From Thermovirgaceae bacterium (lineage in GTDB: Bacteria > Synergistota > Synergistia > Synergistales > Thermovirgaceae): a DNA stretch of 64,000 nt. Each line of letters starts with the position of its first letter. The first letter of the stretch is position 1. The position numbers were made by a program, and so were the translations under genes. Location of the stretch: contig JAXGNU010000004.1 in NCBI GenBank assembly GCA_040767805.1, positions 1 through 64,000 of the forward strand. Direction: 5' to 3'. The notes below the pieces were generated by a model. The model was not told the origin of the DNA and searched no databases. It saw only the letters and a list, made by a program, of their open reading frames with translations. This document shows positions 62,876 to 64,000 of this stretch, piece by piece.

Positions 62876-63000
62876 CAGGTACTTCCGAGCGGTGGATTCA
62901 TTTTTTACAAGATATTCATAGGTTTCCAGGTCAGCACACCTTCTATTTTCGCTACAGGATTTAAGTGATCCTTTAGTTTAAATTTAGCTTACGAAAAAGG

Positions 63001-63029
63001 ATGATAGAGTACCCGGCAGGGTATGTCAA
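63001..63029 (-). promoter_or_regulatory. sigma70 promoter reading toward the IS1595-like gene and the T1SS operon
   Basis: TTGACA-17-TATCAT. Confidence 0.6.
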
Positions 63030-63350
63030 GCCCTTTTGAGCATTTCCTTTAAAATCATCTTGGGTGACCGTTAATAAGCTGCAAGGAACCGGCGGTAAAG
63101 ACCATGGAGATTAAAGCGAGAGGGTCTCTTATTCCACAAGGAGGGTGTCTCCAGCCGGCTTTAAGGGCTTTTTGAAGGGGAAAGGGAGGGGCAAAGACCA
63201 CTTGTTGAAAGGCGCTACATTACGGCCGCCAAGGCAGCCTGTCATGTACCAGGGGCAACCGCAGCAGTAGAATTCACTCTCATCTTATGTTATGGATCCG
63301 CAGTATGGAAGAACAGGCCGGGTCAGCCCTTCGATCCTCCGGCCCCGGTT

Positions 63351-63893
63351 TTACGCCGTCGCCCGCTCCTCCAGGGCCTTGCCGAAGGACCGGTAGGTCT
63401 CCTCGCCGAAGAGGAAGAAGACGATCTCCCGCAGGGAGGTGTCGGTCTCCTCCTGGAGATAGAGGAATACTTCGTCGATCATGGCATGGGCGCACTTGTC
63501 CACGGGGAACCCCCCCACCCCGGTACCGAGGGCGGGGAAGGCCACGCTACGGATCTTGAGTTCGTCGCACTTATAGAGGCTGTTCTGGGTGGCGGCCCTG
63601 ATGAGGGCCTCGCTGGTGACGAGGTCGGGCCCCATGGCCGCGGCGTGGACCACGTACCGGGTCTTGAGGGCCCCGGCGGCGGTGACGACCGCTTCACCCG
63701 GCTCAATGGGCCCTTTGCCCAGAGCCTCCCTCTCGATGGACTCGCCGCCGAGCCTCTTGATGGCCCCCGCGACGCCGGAACCCATCCAGAGGGCCGAGTT
63801 GGCGGCGTTGACTATGGCTTCCCCTTCGTAGCAGGTGATATCGCCCTTGCGGAGCCGGATCACTGTCCCCCCGACGGTTCGCTCGGACACCAT
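63351..63893 (-). CDS. Macrodomain (ADP-ribose-binding/hydrolase) protein
   Basis: GDIT, IVNAAN, GSGVAGAI, AFPALGTGVGG. Confidence 0.93.
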   Translation of the reverse strand: MVSERTVGGTVIRLRKGDITCYEGEAIVNAANSALWMGSGVAGAIKRLGGESIEREALGKGPIEPGEAVVTAAGALKTRYVVHAAAMGPDLVTSEALIRAATQNSLYKCDELKIRSVAFPALGTGVGGFPVDKCAHAMIDEVFLYLQEETDTSLREIVFFLFGEETYRSFGKALEERATA

Positions 63894-64000
63894 GTTCTCT
63901 CCTCCCAGCCCGTTTTATCCCGATGGGTCAGCGGGTCGGTCATGGAACTCTCCAATACTTCAATTATAGAGCAACGGCGGCGCGCCCGTAAGCCAGGCCC

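Noticed and set aside
63351..63893. Macrodomain as a DarG antitoxin or partner of the ARH remnant
   Set aside because: Stand-alone YmdB-like length with core-genome codon bias, no darT visible, and ~57 kb from the remnant

Overview
Window from a high-GC bacterium whose 16S sequence and gene content suggest Synergistota (inference). 1-8.2 kb is a visibly less GC-rich accessory/defence island. It holds a translationally coupled DNA methyltransferase-NurA-HerA operon, an orphan HhH-like protein, an ADP-ribosylglycohydrolase remnant and an AbiE toxin-antitoxin pair. 8.2-40.7 kb is mostly core genome on the minus strand: S9 peptidase, type IV minor pilin/PilY1-like cluster, rplL-rplJ-rplA-rplK-nusG-secE-rpmG-tuf with 4 tRNAs, a TetR-regulated RND pump, rpsI/rplM, pncB, secG, rdgB, rph, amidase, pmbA, ltaE, fdhD, hom, deoC. 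40.7-47.4 kb is a minus-strand rRNA operon. An IS110 element sits in its 23S-5S spacer, and its bridge-RNA target and donor guides can be read directly from the sequence; they point to a heptamer repeat family. Three ~90-110 nt rRNA insertions share one terminal stem. 47.6-63.9 kb holds a Lap-type T1SS with a ~3,080 aa adhesin, a degenerate IS1595-like gene and a macrodomain gene. All calls are motif-based by eye; no searches were run.
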